Counted from the first letter of the stretch, positions 1-12,122 are shown. The stretch is DNA of 64,000 bases from Octopus vulgaris (GCA_951406725.2 OX597823.1:116188001-116252000), one strand, 5' to 3'. A program made the numbers and translations. Notes: a model not told the origin generated them from the sequence alone.

Positions 1-100
1 TTAACAAAAGTTTAGTGGTTCAGTGTAAATAAAGATGTTACCACTAATTTTTTGTATGAAGAATGAAATAAGGAAATGAGACAAAGTTTTAACATTTTTT

Positions 101-323
101 ATTTCGTTTTCGGATTTGGTTTGCAAGATTCTTTATATGAGTTCGTGTGTTGAAGCATATTCTGTTGTGTCTGGGGAGAGTCATTCTCTTTTTGTGCCTT
201 ATAATATAACACACTCACCAGAAAAATTTCTACTTTTTTTTCTTATTTTTATTTTCCTAAAACTTCCGTTGTGTCTTGCAACCTTTTCAAAAAGAAAATG
301 ACTCTCCCTAGACACAACAGAAC
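101..323. mobile_element. Foldback element family F1, copy 1 (probable Penelope-like inverted pLTR remnant)
   Basis: Inverted repeat 160-190 vs 291-322; the same sequence recurs at 21714-21930 and 28900-29051. Confidence 0.65.
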
Positions 324-601
324 TTTTTTTATGGTTGTGATTGAAAGCAATGAGCTACAGTGTCTCAGTCAAGATATATACAACACTCACATGGAGAGTT
401 CATGAAGGGTTTAGTATACTTTGCTGAACATGTGGTGAGAGAAAAATAGCAGTAGTCAAAACATGTCAGTGTAGCTCTTGGATGCTGTCCTTGTTTGGGC
501 AAACAGAGAGAGGGAAATTCATGCTTCTTGGCATCCAAGCAGCGGGAGAGAGAGATTCACAACCATCAGAATATATAGGTGTTAGCTGCAATGCTCATGA
601 A

Positions 602-932
602 GGCACATGGCTCAGTGGTTAGAGCGTCGAGCTTACCATCGTGAGGTTGTGAGTTTGAATCCTGAACCGGGCTGCGTGTTGTGTTCTTGAGCAAGACACT
701 TTATTTCACATTGTTCCAGTCCACTCAGCTGTAGAAATGAGTTGCGACATCACGGGTGCCAAACTGTATCAACCCTTGGCTTTCCCTTGGGTAACACTGG
801 TGGTTTGGAGAGGGGAGGCCGGTATGCATGGGCGACTGCTGGTCTTCCATAAACAACCTTGCCCGGACTTGTGCCTGGGAGGGTAACCTTCTAGGAGCAA
901 TCCGACGGTCAGTCATGACCAAAGGGGGTCTC
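602..932 (+). mobile_element. tRNA-derived SINE family B
   Basis: A-box TGGCTCAGTGG, B-box-like GTTTGAATCC; 4 full copies in the window. Confidence 0.9.
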
Positions 933-1052
933 AACTCAAGCTGTGATGCTACCTGGTGGTGTTTACCAGTGAAAAGGACATAATTCAGCTAACCTCGCTA
1001 GTCTACTACAAAAGTAATACTAAAACAGAAAGAAAAGAAAAGTGACCAGTAA

Positions 1053-1128
1053 GCCTCGACAGGGAATCGAACACGGCACCTCTCAGATTCTGACTGCATG
1101 CTCTGTACCATTAAGCTAAGACAGCCCT
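1053..1128 (-). pseudogene. tRNA-like sequence (tRNA pseudogene or orphan SINE head)
   Basis: Minus strand has TAGCTTAATGG ... GTTCGATTCC at tRNA-like spacing; acceptor stem does not pair. Confidence 0.5.
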
Positions 1129-1261
1129 GAAAATAGATACAATCTTTTTAAATTGTTAAATGATAACTTTTGGAATGAGAAAATATTTTCCAAACAAACT
1201 TATAGGCTTATGCATGTGTTGGTGTTCTATAGAAAATAAAGGAATTCACCAAACGCATTAT

Positions 1262-1530
1262 TCTTTACTTGTTTCAGTCATTGGACTGCAACCCTGCTTT
1301 GGCACTGCCTTCAAGGGTTTAGTCAAATAAATCGATCCCATTACTTTTAAAAATCTGGCACTTATTTTATCGTGTGTGTGTGTGTGTGTGTTTGATGGGC
1401 TTCTTTCAGTTTCCGTCTACCAAATTTGGTGTGCTACAGTAACAGACACTTGCCCAATGTTACATGCTGTGGGGTTGAACTTAAACACCTGTAGTGGAGA
1501 ACTGAACTGTTCACCACACGGCCATTCTTG
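1262..1530 (-). mobile_element. SINE family A, decayed, internally deleted
   Basis: Matches family A tail (ttacttgtttcagtca) and body (cttctttcagtttccgtctaccaaat). Confidence 0.75.
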
Positions 1531-2728
1531 AGCCACAGGGAAAACAAGTGATGCTCTATATCAGCTAAAACTATTGATAAATGTGTAAATCTTGTTAAGT
1601 TCACGTGGCACTGAGGAAAGAATTTTTTTTACAAAACTCTTCTCTCCTTCTTTATGAAAACTGTTTTCTCTGTCCGTTATCCATGATAGTGTGCAAAGAC
1701 ATTTTTCCAAAACTCTCATGATGTAAGGATGGGGAAAAAAGACTCGTTTTTAATTTACCAAAGAAAGACTTGGTATGAAATGGTGGAAACATTTCGCTTA
1801 ATGGCATGTGAACTTTAAAACTCAATGCTTTCCTCATGTGTGTGTGTGTGTGTGTGTGTGCATGCGTGTGTGCATGTGTATGTGTGCATGTGTATATAAG
1901 TGCCTGTAAATCTACACATACATATATGTGTGTGTATGTATACACACACACACACACACACACAAACAGATTTTTGTAAGATGTTTGAATTTACACAATT
2001 GTTGTTGTTATCATCATCATCATCATCGAAAAGGATTTGGATAAAAAGTGAATAACAGAAAAGTAGATTGTTTGACAACAATTTTACAAAGTTATTCAGA
2101 AACAATGGAGAATGTGAAAATGAAATACTGAAAAACCAGCGTTTGTTTTGATGCTTTAAGGACATTGTGGAAACGTTACTATCATACATACAGACATACA
2201 TACATACATACATACACATACACACACACATACATACATACATACACACACACACGTGTATATTTCTCTGTGTGTGTATGTGCAGATATGGTGATATATA
2301 TGTACGTCTGTATGTATGTTTATGTTAAAGCTGGTATGAAACTTCAAATTTCATGACTCTGAGCTTCATATATCTGTATATTTATATATTTGTGTATGTT
2401 TGAACATGTAAATCTCCCTCCTTCTCTTTCCCTTTCTCCCTCTATACATACCTGCTCACACACACTCACACACACACACATACATACATACATACATACA
2501 CACATACATACATACATACATACATAGAAAGAAATATTTTCAATTTATTTCCACAAATATATTTTGTTGCCAATTTATATTCATTTTATTGGAAATAACC
2601 TTTTGAATTTTAACTTTCTTTGGTTTAAAAACAATTGCATTCACATGCGATGCACATTCACATGCAGATGCACACATATGCAGATGTGTGGGTGCACATC
2701 AGTATGCATTAAGAAATGAGTGAATATA

Positions 2729-4014
2729 TTGGGTTGTCCGGAAAGTTCATGCCGATTTATAGTAGCTTACCTTTCGACTTATTTTAAAACATGGTTGAGT
2801 CCATAAAATAGGATTTGACTACACCTCCATTTAGAGCACAGTTTAAGCAATCCTTTCGTGGAAGAAGGTTTGTGTTCCTATAACCTGTGTTAATTCTGTA
2901 AGCCTTTAAAATGGAAGTTAAGAAAGTTCATTTTCAGCACTTGATGCTTTTCTTTTTCTGTAAAGGGAAAAATGCCTCACAAGCAACCAAAGAAATATGC
3001 GCAGTTTATGGTGATGTTTCTTTATCCGAAAGAACTGTTCAGAAGTGGTTCAGAAGGTTCTGAGCTGGAGATTGTAGCCTTATTGATAAAGAGCGATCAG
3101 GTAGACCATCCACTACAAATGATGACCAAATCAAGTCATTAATTGAGAATAACCCACATTGCACGACCTAACAATTGGCAGAAAGCCTCAACATATCAAA
3201 ATCCATCATTGTGAGTACCTGGTAAAGCTTGAAAGCTTGGGTACACAAATCACTACGATGTTTGGGTACTAGATGAGTTGAGTGAGAAGAACCTTTTGGA
3301 TCGTATTTTCATCTGTGATTCACTTTATAACTGGAATGAAAACGCACCTTTTTTAAAGCAAATTGTGACAAGTGATGAGAAATGGATTATCTACCGAAAT
3401 GTTGAGAGAAAGCAATCCTGGAGTAAGCGACATGAGGCACCCTTAGCCACCCCAAAAGCGGGTCTTCACCCTAAAAAATTTTGCTTTGTGTAGAGATTGG
3501 AAAGGAATTCTGTACTATGAGCTTTTCCCAAGTAACCAGACAATTAGCTCTGAGAAATACTGCACACAACTGGATGAGTTAAAAGCAGCTACTCAAGAGA
3601 AACGTCCAGAATTGGCCAACAAGAAGGGTGTTATTTTCCAACATGATAATGCAAGACCACACATTTCTTTGGGAACCAGACAAAAATTGCTGCAGCTCAG
3701 CTGGGATGTGTTACCCCACCCTCCATATTCACCAGATATTGCTCCTTTGGATTTCCACTTATTCTGGTTTCTGCAGAATAGTCTTAATGGTAAAAATTTC
3801 AATTCCTTGGATGACGTAAATAGATACCTTGATGAATTCTTTGCCATGAAACAACCTCGATTCTGGGAAGAGGGTATTTTCAAGTTAAAGGAAAGATGGA
3901 GACGAATTGTGCAACAAAATAGTTCATCTTTGGTTGATTAAAAATGTAATGGTAAGTATTTATTGACTGTTTTCTTTCCTTTAAATATCGGCACGAACTT
4001 TCCGGACAACCCAA
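2729..4014 (+). mobile_element. Full-length mariner transposon (1286 bp), mellifera-like
   Basis: TIRs ttgggttgtccggaaagttc / gaactttccggacaacccaa with TA on both sides. Confidence 0.97.
2911..3941 (+). pseudogene. Mariner DD34D transposase, disrupted
   Basis: MEVKKVHFQHLMLFFFCKGKNASQA, TSDEKW, HDNARPH, YSPDIAPLDF with 34 aa between the 2nd and 3rd D; internal stops and frameshifts. Confidence 0.95.
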
Positions 4015-4433
4015 TATGATACATAGCTTAGTATAAATTGCCATCAACATTATAGAAGTTATGTATAGTATAAATACAAACAGACATCAAAGGGCACAAA
4101 AAATTTTATAAGGGGCTGTATTCAGTTTGGTTCTCTTTATACATCCCTTCTTCCTTCTGTTCTCTAAAGGATCTTCAAGAAAGCCTGTTCAAAATGTTAG
4201 TACCCTTTATGTTGTGAGTTCTTCAGCCATCATGATTAGTAAGTTTTACTTCATGTAACATATTTTCAGATTTACTTCACAAAGACTTTATTTCATATCT
4301 GTGAGGTTCCCACAGAATGTCTTCCAGAATCATGTTGGCCTTAAATTACTATTTTGGGAATGCAATTATTCTGCATGAGAACCACATAGCCACACCATCA
4401 AAATTGATATCTCTTGGAAAATGTCTGAATAAT

Positions 4434-4633
4434 CTTTTCTACTCTAGGCACAAGACCCAGAATTTTGGCGGAGGGGGCCAGTCAATTAGATCGATCCCAG
4501 TATGCTACTTACTTTATCAACCCCAAAAAGATGAAAGACAAAGTCGACCTCAGTGTAATTTGAACTCAGAACAGGGGAAATACTACTAAGCATTTTGCCT
4601 GGTATGCAAACGTTTCTGCCAGCTCACTGCCTT
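4434..4633 (-). mobile_element. SINE family C (type-2 tail)
   Basis: Family C body; 17-bp TSD gaaaatgtctgaataat at 4417-4433 and 4634-4650. Confidence 0.9.
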
Positions 4634-5050
4634 GAAAATGTCTGAATAATAGTGTGATAAAGCCTCTGTATTTGTTATTATGTCCTGTCACTTGAGACCC
4701 GAAATTTTGGGGGAGGAGGCCAGTCAATTAGATCAATCCCAGTAGTATGCTACAGATTTTGTGAAGATAGTGAAGATAGGAACTGCAGTGCAGGGCACAA
4801 GATTCTGTACCAAACATGAATGAGGTTAATGCTTCAAATCTTTATCTGCAGTAGTATCTCTGAATCATTTCAAAAATAATTTGCTGGCCTACTGAAAGCA
4901 ATATTTGATTTGTCAATTCTGGAGAATACATTAAGATCCATAATTAGTTTACTAGACACAACACTCCTCATGCAAGTAAAATCTTCCACCACTTTTAGCC
5001 TATTTCCATCCATAATGAAGGATATATGCTCGATGTGTGTTTATAAAGTA

Positions 5051-5442
5051 CTAGCAGTATCACCCGGTGTTGCTTGGGTTTGTTTCTACACTTTAGAACT
5101 GGAATTTTTGAAAAGTAAACATTTTGCATTATGTAGCTTGTTATTCTCTTTAAGTGAACATTTTTCTGGTTGAAATACACTGCAAAATGGCGACACAGCA
5201 GTCAAAAAATCGTAAAAAATAAGGATTTTCATAGAAAAAAAAGCACCTTTTTTGATGTAAATAATTTTTGGTCTTAACATGGTCCAATTTGAATTTTATC
5301 TTCTACGGAATGAAGAGCAAGCCTTCTTCTATCATACTCTTAATTTTGCTCAACTTGCACCGTAGGGTCTTGGAAGAGATAGTGTTAGTTGAAGGCTACC
5401 AAACCTGCCACACACAAACAACATCAGCTTTATATATAGAGA
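5051..5442 (-). mobile_element. Non-autonomous Helitron
   Basis: 5' TCTCTATATATAAA, 3' subterminal hairpin (5063-5078) then CTAG, inserted between A and T with no TSD; removal restores the RTE frame KKTE-ILY. Confidence 0.85.
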
Positions 5443-5904
5443 TTTCAGTTTTCTTCATGCTTATTGTGAGACCAAAGTTCTTTTGTAACAACCAAAAAGA
5501 ATTCTGGGATTCTTAGAATATCTTCAAGAGAATGGGCAACATGGGTGCAATCATTTATAAAAAGCAGCTCAGACACAAACATTTCTGATATGCTGTGAGT
5601 GTGATATCTTTTTAGCTTGATGTCATTCCAGGTTGAAAATATTGCCATCAATTTGAAATTGCATCTTGAAGGCAGTTGGTATTTCTTTGAAAGCTGACAT
5701 GAGCATAACTGAGAAATAGATACTCAATTAATATTAGAGTAAGGCCATAGCCTTGTTTGACACCATATGTCACAGTAAAACATTCAGTCATGGTTCCATT
5801 TGGAATTATAGTTCCTTGCATCCCATTGTGAAATTCTGTGGTGATATCCACAAAACTCCATAGCTTAAGCTCATGAATCTTGTGGTAATATACCGATCTT
5901 GGAG

Positions 5905-5995
5905 GAGTGACCTATGTGACATTAATTAGCGCATATGCACCAACACTTGTAGCAAATAAGGCAGTGAAAGGGAGCTTTTATAATGAGATTTACCA
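5905..5995 (+). pseudogene. RTE LINE APE endonuclease fragment
   Basis: TYVTLISAYAPTLVANKAVKGSFYNE resembles the RTE ISAYAPT motif. Confidence 0.75.
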
Positions 5996-6477
5996 GATTC
6001 TAGTTAACATATTATCTTCTGGACCCCTTTTCCCGTGACAAATCATTTCAAACAAGATTCTGTCTTTGCTCTAATATTATTCAGCAGAAAAATACGTAGA
6101 AATTTATCTGGGAACCTCCACACCAGCCTCAACTTGATCACATAATTATTTGTCAATGAGAGGGAAATCAATCAAATTTTACGCTGCCTCTGAACTCCAC
6201 CCAAATCATTTGGCAATGTTAATTTGGGGATTATTTTCATCAAAACCAATCTTTGCTGAATTTCAAAGAAGTACAATGATTCATTGCATTTCTTATTTGG
6301 GAGCAAAGGTCATTAGTAGAAGAATTTGTCTGTTTTATCACAAATATACCTGGCCTCCGCAAAAGAAAAGGTGATTATATGATCTTTGACAACCGTAATG
6401 TGTCTTTACTTGTAATTACTGAGAAAATTACTGTCATGTTGCTTTGGAGTGAATCATTCAATATCTTTTACAATGAG

Positions 6478-6660
6478 AAAAATCAATGTGGTTTATATGC
6501 CAAACAAGGAATGACTGACATGATTTTCAGTAACCTTCAGGAAAAGACTAGGGAGCAAATCCTTCAACGCTTCATAGTTACTAATGATGTTACCAAGGCT
6601 TTTGATAGTGTTATTCAAAGGGGTCTGTAGAAAGTTCTTATCAAGATATGCAATCCTCTT
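6478..6660 (+). pseudogene. RTE LINE RT fragment
   Basis: NQCGLYAKQGMTDMIFSNLQEKTREQ...DVTKAFDSV resembles QCGFR..RGT.DMIF...LQEK.REQ...DLTKAFDTV. Confidence 0.85.
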
Positions 6661-7002
6661 GCATTTGCATATAAATGTGTAGAGCAATGTGGTAATTATG
6701 AGGAATTATAGGTTTCTTGAAATATCTGCATTTTCAGAAACATATTTTATCTTATCCTATTAATAATATTCAATGATACATCAAATCATGACTGTTTGTC
6801 CAGTATTATCTAGATGATGGACATTTTTCACCATTAGATATAATCACATACTATCTATAAAGTATAAATGTTCCTGGACAGAATAATTAAAAAATCGGAA
6901 CAGAATAGTTGTGAAGCTAAACTGTTCGACTACTAACACATAATTATGTGTTCAAACTTTACTACTGCCACTAGTTTGCTACTCGGAAAGATTTATGTTG
7001 TC

Positions 7003-7211
7003 TCTTTTACTCTTTTACTTGTTTCAGTCAGTTGACTGTGGCCATGCTGGAGCACCACCTTTAGTCGAGCAAATCGACCACAGGACTTATTCTTTGTAAG
7101 CCTAGTACTTATTCTATCAGTCTCTTTTGCTGAACTGCTAACTTGCGGGGACATAAACGCACCAGAATCATTTGTCAAGCGATGTTGTGGGGAACAAACA
7201 CAGACACACAA

Positions 7212-7256
<45 letters not shown>

Positions 7257-7372
7257 CAACAGGCTTCTTTCAGTTTCCGTCTACCAAATCCACTCACAAG
7301 GCTTTGGTCGACTCAAGGCTATGGTCGGCTCAGTAGAAGACACTTGCCCAAGGTGCCACGCAGTGGGACTGA
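7003..7372 (-). mobile_element. SINE family A, 5' truncated
   Basis: Family A body with internal (CA/TA)n tract. Confidence 0.9.
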
Positions 7373-7377
7373 ATACC

Positions 7378-7610
7378 AGCCTCTGATCAGGGAGCAAGTC
7401 TCTCAGGTATTCCGCAAGGCCATCAGCATCATACGACAGAAGTAATTTTGGTTAGAGTGTGTTAACATCCTTTCGCAATGAGGATGGCAAACCAAATGTG
7501 TTCAACACCGCCCCATCCATTTTGAGCAGGGCATCCTCGATTTCATTCAGCGCATTATTGTAGATCAGGTCATTGTATCCAATGTCAGCATTGGGGCACT
7601 GTTGCTTTGT
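7378..7610 (-). pseudogene. Helitron RepHel fragment just upstream of the PIF1 helicase
   Basis: YNDLIYNNALNEIEDALLKMDGAVLNTFGLP...SYDADGLAEYLRDLLPDQR, one internal stop. Confidence 0.75.
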
Positions 7611-7694
7611 CAGTCATCATTTGCCTTGACCACCGAGACGTACAGAGAATTTCATAAACAGAAATGAATGGAAAAAAGGTTTGGTAAATTTTTA

Positions 7695-8120
7695 GATTAA
7701 CGTTCACACAATTTTCACTATGAAAAAATAATCAGATTTTTTGCATGGAGTCAACTACCCTGGCCTCCTAATATGTTACAAAACCCTATTTGTGGTCCGA
7801 AAAATGGGGTGTTGGTGTGGTGGAAGCCTCGGAAATTTCACCCCCATCCATACCCATTGATCTTTCCACCACCTATTTTTCAATGTATGTAGAAAAATAT
7901 GGAGATTAAGAATATGGAAAACATTTGTTTTTTATCTCAAATTTACCATGAACAACTCCAAGCAAATTTATAGATAACACTCGCACAATTTTCACTAAGA
8001 AAAAAAATCGAATTTTTTGCATGGAATCAACTACCCTGGCCTCCTAATATGCTAGAAAACCCTTTTTGTGGTCTGGGAAACGGGGTGGGGTGTGGTGGAG
8101 CCTCGGAAATTTTACCCATA
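7695..8120. repeat. Direct repeat of about 150 bp inside the Helitron
   Basis: cacaattttcact...tcaactaccctggcctcctaatatg...gcctcggaaattt occurs twice (about 7695-7845 and 7972-8118). Confidence 0.85.
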
Positions 8121-8974
8121 TTTATTGTGTAAATTCACTGACAAATTGTTACCTATCTCTTTGTTTCTATGTTGTTAAATAAATGGATTTTCAACAAAAC
8201 ACTTTTTTCCTTGGCATAAAATAAAAGCAAAACTCTTTCACGCCCAAAGTAATGTGTGTTTTAGAGAGGGTGGGGAGAAAGATTAACGATTTAAAATAAA
8301 TAAATTTAAAATAAATATATTTTAATTGTTGTGTGAGAAAGTATATATAAAGTATATATAATCTGATTATAAAATATAGTGTCAAAAACATCCAAAATTT
8401 GAATACTATATCTCGTGTTTAAAAAAAAAAACATATATTTATTATTTTTGGTGAACGCTATCACATATACACACTCTCTCTCTCTCTCTTACACACATAC
8501 ATCAACCCTCAACATCTCTCTCTCTCTCCCTCACACACACAGACATACATCAACACAACTTCTCTCTCTCTCTCTCTCCCTCACATACACAGACATACAT
8601 CAACACAAATTCTCTCTCTCTCACCCTCACACACACACATTTTCACTTCGCTATAGCAAGAAGTGATTTAACTCATGTTAGCAAACTTCAAAACTGGTAA
8701 AAGTTAAGGTTTAAAATCGATTTTTACCACTACCCATAGGTGACCCGGGAAAAATAATTGGACGAAAATATAGCTAGGATCATGACGAATGTCCTCCTAA
8801 AATTGGAGCGATATGCATGCTAATTTGTGGATGTGCATAAATTACTCAATGTACACACACAGACACACACCCTGCCTTTTATATATACAGATTTCAGTTA
8901 TTTCTCTTAGCTCATCACACACACACACACATACAGGTCGGTAGCTTGATAGATAAAAAATAGACATTCATTTA

Positions 8975-9392
8975 GGCGGCGAGCTGGCAGAAATGTTAGC
9001 ACGCCGGGCGAAATGCTTAGCGGTATTTTGTCCGCCGCTACATTCTGAGTTCAAATTCCACCGAGGTCGACTTTGCCTTTCATCCTTTTGGGGTCGATTA
9101 AATAGGTACCAGTTACACACTGGTGTCAGTGTAATTGACTTAATCCCTCTGTCTGTCCTCGTTTGTCCTCTCTGTGTTTAGCCCCCTTGTGGGTAGTAAA
9201 TAAATAGATATTTCGTCTGCCATTACGTTCTGAGTTCAAATTCCACCGAGGTCGACTTTGCCTTTCATCCTTTCGGGGTCGATTAAATAAGTATCAGTTA
9301 CGCACTGGGGTCGATATAATCGACTTAATCCCTTTGTCTGTCCTTGTTTGTCCTCTCTATGTTTAGCCCCTTGTGGGCAATAAAGAAATAAG
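8975..9392 (+). mobile_element. SINE family C, dimeric
   Basis: Head ggcggcgagctggcagaa; body and type-1 tail present twice. Confidence 0.9.
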
Positions 9393-10374
9393 AAAATAGA
9401 TATTCATATTTTTAATACTTCATTTAGTGTGTTTGTTTATAAATTAAGAATTTTTTTGTATTTTAGAGTGCATTTGTGTGAAATATATAAAGTAGTCCCA
9501 CTTTTGTATATCAATTTCTGTATAATTGCTGGTTAAAACAATAATATATTTTATTCAGTGAAATGCTTCCTTTGTTTGCTTGTTCAGTTGTTACATCTCT
9601 AAGACTGGCAAGTGCCAGGGAGTTTAGTTCTGAGCTGTGATAAGATTCTATTATTGCAATACTAAAGCACACATCTAAAGCAATCATAAAGAATAGCCAA
9701 ACATTGCAATTCTTTGATGGAACTAATGGCCTTATTGATTAGCTGGGAACTTCAGATAAATTATTGAATATTGATAAAATAATATCACAAGAAGAAAAAG
9801 AAAAATGAAAAATAACCATTAGGATTCTGGAACGAATGTCCTTAATTTTAATATTTTCCTAGCTGAACGATACAGAAATAGTTGGTGTGTATGTGAAAGG
9901 AGGAGGAGAGAGAGAGAGAAAGGCACAGGATATTAGAAAAAAGTGTAATATATATTAATGTTTTGTGCATTGTTGAAGAAATGTTCATAATGCTTGTGAA
10001 ATACGCCAAGTTGATAAAATATTGCTGTTCCATGTGAAATGTTCCAAAGAACTGCTATGTTCCAGACTTCTATAGTTCCAGTTTATCTCTCCTCCATTGT
10101 TATTAACATGTAATGAAGCCAGCCTGTATTCTTTACTGATGCATCTGTAATATTAACAAGAAAGTTTATAGTTTCAGTACTATTTATGCTAATAACTTGG
10201 AAGAAACTAATATCAAACCAGTGTAAAATCTATCTGAGTAAATGAGGTCACTTAACCTGCTATGTGGTCACTTAACATGCTAAAAATGGCAGGCAAATCT
10301 CTCTTCAGTCACATCTTCTCATCAAAGAAAACTAAGCACTCATTTGGATAATGTAGTTCTAGATAAACTATTCA

Positions 10375-10587
10375 AAATAATAAATGCGCCCTTTTAAAGC
10401 CTAGCCAGGCTCATGGGCCCGGTTTCCCGGTTTCTATGGCGTATGTGTTCCCCAGCTGAGTGGACTGGAGCAACGTGAAATGAAGTGTTTTGCTCAAGGA
10501 CACAACACGTCCCCCGGTCCAGGAATCGAAACCACAATCTTATGATTCTGATGCTGACACTCTAACCACTTGGCCATGTGCCTCCAC
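10375..10587 (-). mobile_element. SINE family B'
   Basis: tRNA head TGGCCAAGTGG / GTTTCGATTCC; homologous to 51355-51617 but lacks the segment between two cagct repeats. Confidence 0.85.
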
Positions 10588-10869
10588 TGCTATAAAATAT
10601 ATATATAAAGAAATAAAAGGATGGTATGATTTTGCCTGGAACACTTTTAAACATAGAGTCACTTTATTCAAGCCAACTTTGACGTTAAACAGCAGCAACA
10701 ACAATTGTGTCTGCAGACACAATTACCAACGATTTACTCGAACAAAGATTTTTCCATTTCTTGAGAAACCTCATAATTTCTCTGTTGTGATCTGATAAAC
10801 AGACAATATCAACTCAGAAATGTCTATAAATAACAACAAGGGACAATGCATTTTTACTATTTGTTCACT

Positions 10870-11018
10870 GGAGTATTACTTAGTTTGAACTCGTGGCCTC
10901 TACCTGGGATGTAGCCAGCCCACTTATGCATACCTTTCCTCCTTGGGACACAAAACTCTGCTTGTGAAGACCTGTTGAGCCAGACATGGCTCGAGAAGGA
11001 ACAAACAAAAACAAAAAA
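10870..11018 (+). mobile_element. Retroposon 3' fragment sharing its tail with the 60534 element
   Basis: Ends ggctcgagaaggaacaaac plus A-rich tail, as at about 60816-60836. Confidence 0.5.
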
Positions 11019-11361
11019 GCATATATATATATATACTCACATATATATATTTATGCATATGTATACTCACATATATATATTTATGCATGTGTATTTACGC
11101 ACACACACATGCATATATGTATGTATGCATTTACATATACAAACACACATGCTCACACGTCTATATAAGAAGTTTACTCTGCTACAACTTGTGCAAGTGT
11201 CTTTTCCTAAATCCCTTCGGTTTACTAGTATCTTGTGAGTGGAATTTGTTGGATGAAAACTGTTCACACGTCCATCGTGTGTGTTTGAACTTCTCATATC
11301 AAGGACAATTTTCCAACAAACTCTATAATAAGAAGATAATCAATTGTAATATATTGTAAAC

Positions 11362-11697
11362 TGATTTCAAATTTTGACACAAGGCCATCAACCGCAGAAC
11401 ACATCTGATGCTTATTTTTATCCAGCCTGAGAGGATGGAAGGCAAAGTCAACCTGAACAGAATTTGAACTCAGATTGTAAACAGGGACAAAATACCTATT
11501 TCTTTACTACCCACAAGGGGCTAAACACAGAGAGGACAAACAAACGGATTAAGTCGATTATATCGAAACCAGTGCGTAACTGGTACTTAATTTAACGACC
11601 CCAAAAGGATGAAAGGCAAAGTCGACCTCGGCAGAATTTGAACTCAGAACATAACTGCAGACGAAACACCGCTAAGTATTCTGCCAGTTTGCTGCCT
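11362..11697 (-). mobile_element. SINE family C, mixed-tail dimer
   Basis: Type-1 unit followed by a decayed type-2 unit. Confidence 0.8.
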
Positions 11698-12056
11698 TGT
11701 AATACATAGTGAATTACTAGCTACAATATTTAGTGGACTGAAATCATATCAGGACAAAAGCTATTAAAAAAATATAAAATAAAATAGAATGTTTAACACT
11801 GCTATTTATTTCGTTTGGTTTCCTTTTTAAATGTCAGCTTTTCGAAAAGTCTATTTTTAATTCAATAATTATACATTTATTTATTAATAAAATAAATTTC
11901 CAATTTCCTTTCCCACAATTCATATTCCATGTCACTTCTGCGGTTGTTACTTTTTGATTCTAAACAAACAAGCAAACAAAAAAAAAAAGGCCCCGCAGTA
12001 AATGGATAAAATTAGAAACAAACTTGCAGTGCCATAACAACGATGACAGCACTCAC

Positions 12057-12122
12057 CAGAACCACACCAACGGCCATTATGCAGCAAGTGGCTTCCAGCA
12101 CACTTAAAATACGAAGTCTAGG
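12057..12122 (-). other. Candidate exon of an unidentified minus-strand host gene
   Basis: cag|CCTAGA...GTTCTG|gtgagt, 66 nt, open frame PRLRILSVLEATCCIMAVGVVL; weak polypyrimidine tract. Confidence 0.3.

Larger units (their letters stand above)
4170..5850 (-). pseudogene. RTE-clade (BovB-like) LINE RT and C-terminal fossil, interrupted by SINE C and a Helitron
   Basis: Decayed motifs in order: TYGVKQG, ELLFINDCTHVAHS, GLTISMKKTEILY, KVVEDFTCMRS, QDIITNTEAL, WCGYVVLMQNNCIPK. Confidence 0.85.
7378..8891 (-). mobile_element. Helitron remnant (5' end plus RepHel fragment)
   Basis: 5' A|TCTGTATATATAAAA at 8891; RepHel-like peptide at 7378-7610; 3' end not found. Confidence 0.7.

Noticed and set aside
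420-480. gctga...caaaacatgtcag as a hammerhead
   Set aside because: CUGANGA core absent and the pairing would consume the core
602-675. tRNA gene calls at SINE heads
   Set aside because: A and B boxes continue into multi-copy SINE bodies; no complete cloverleaf
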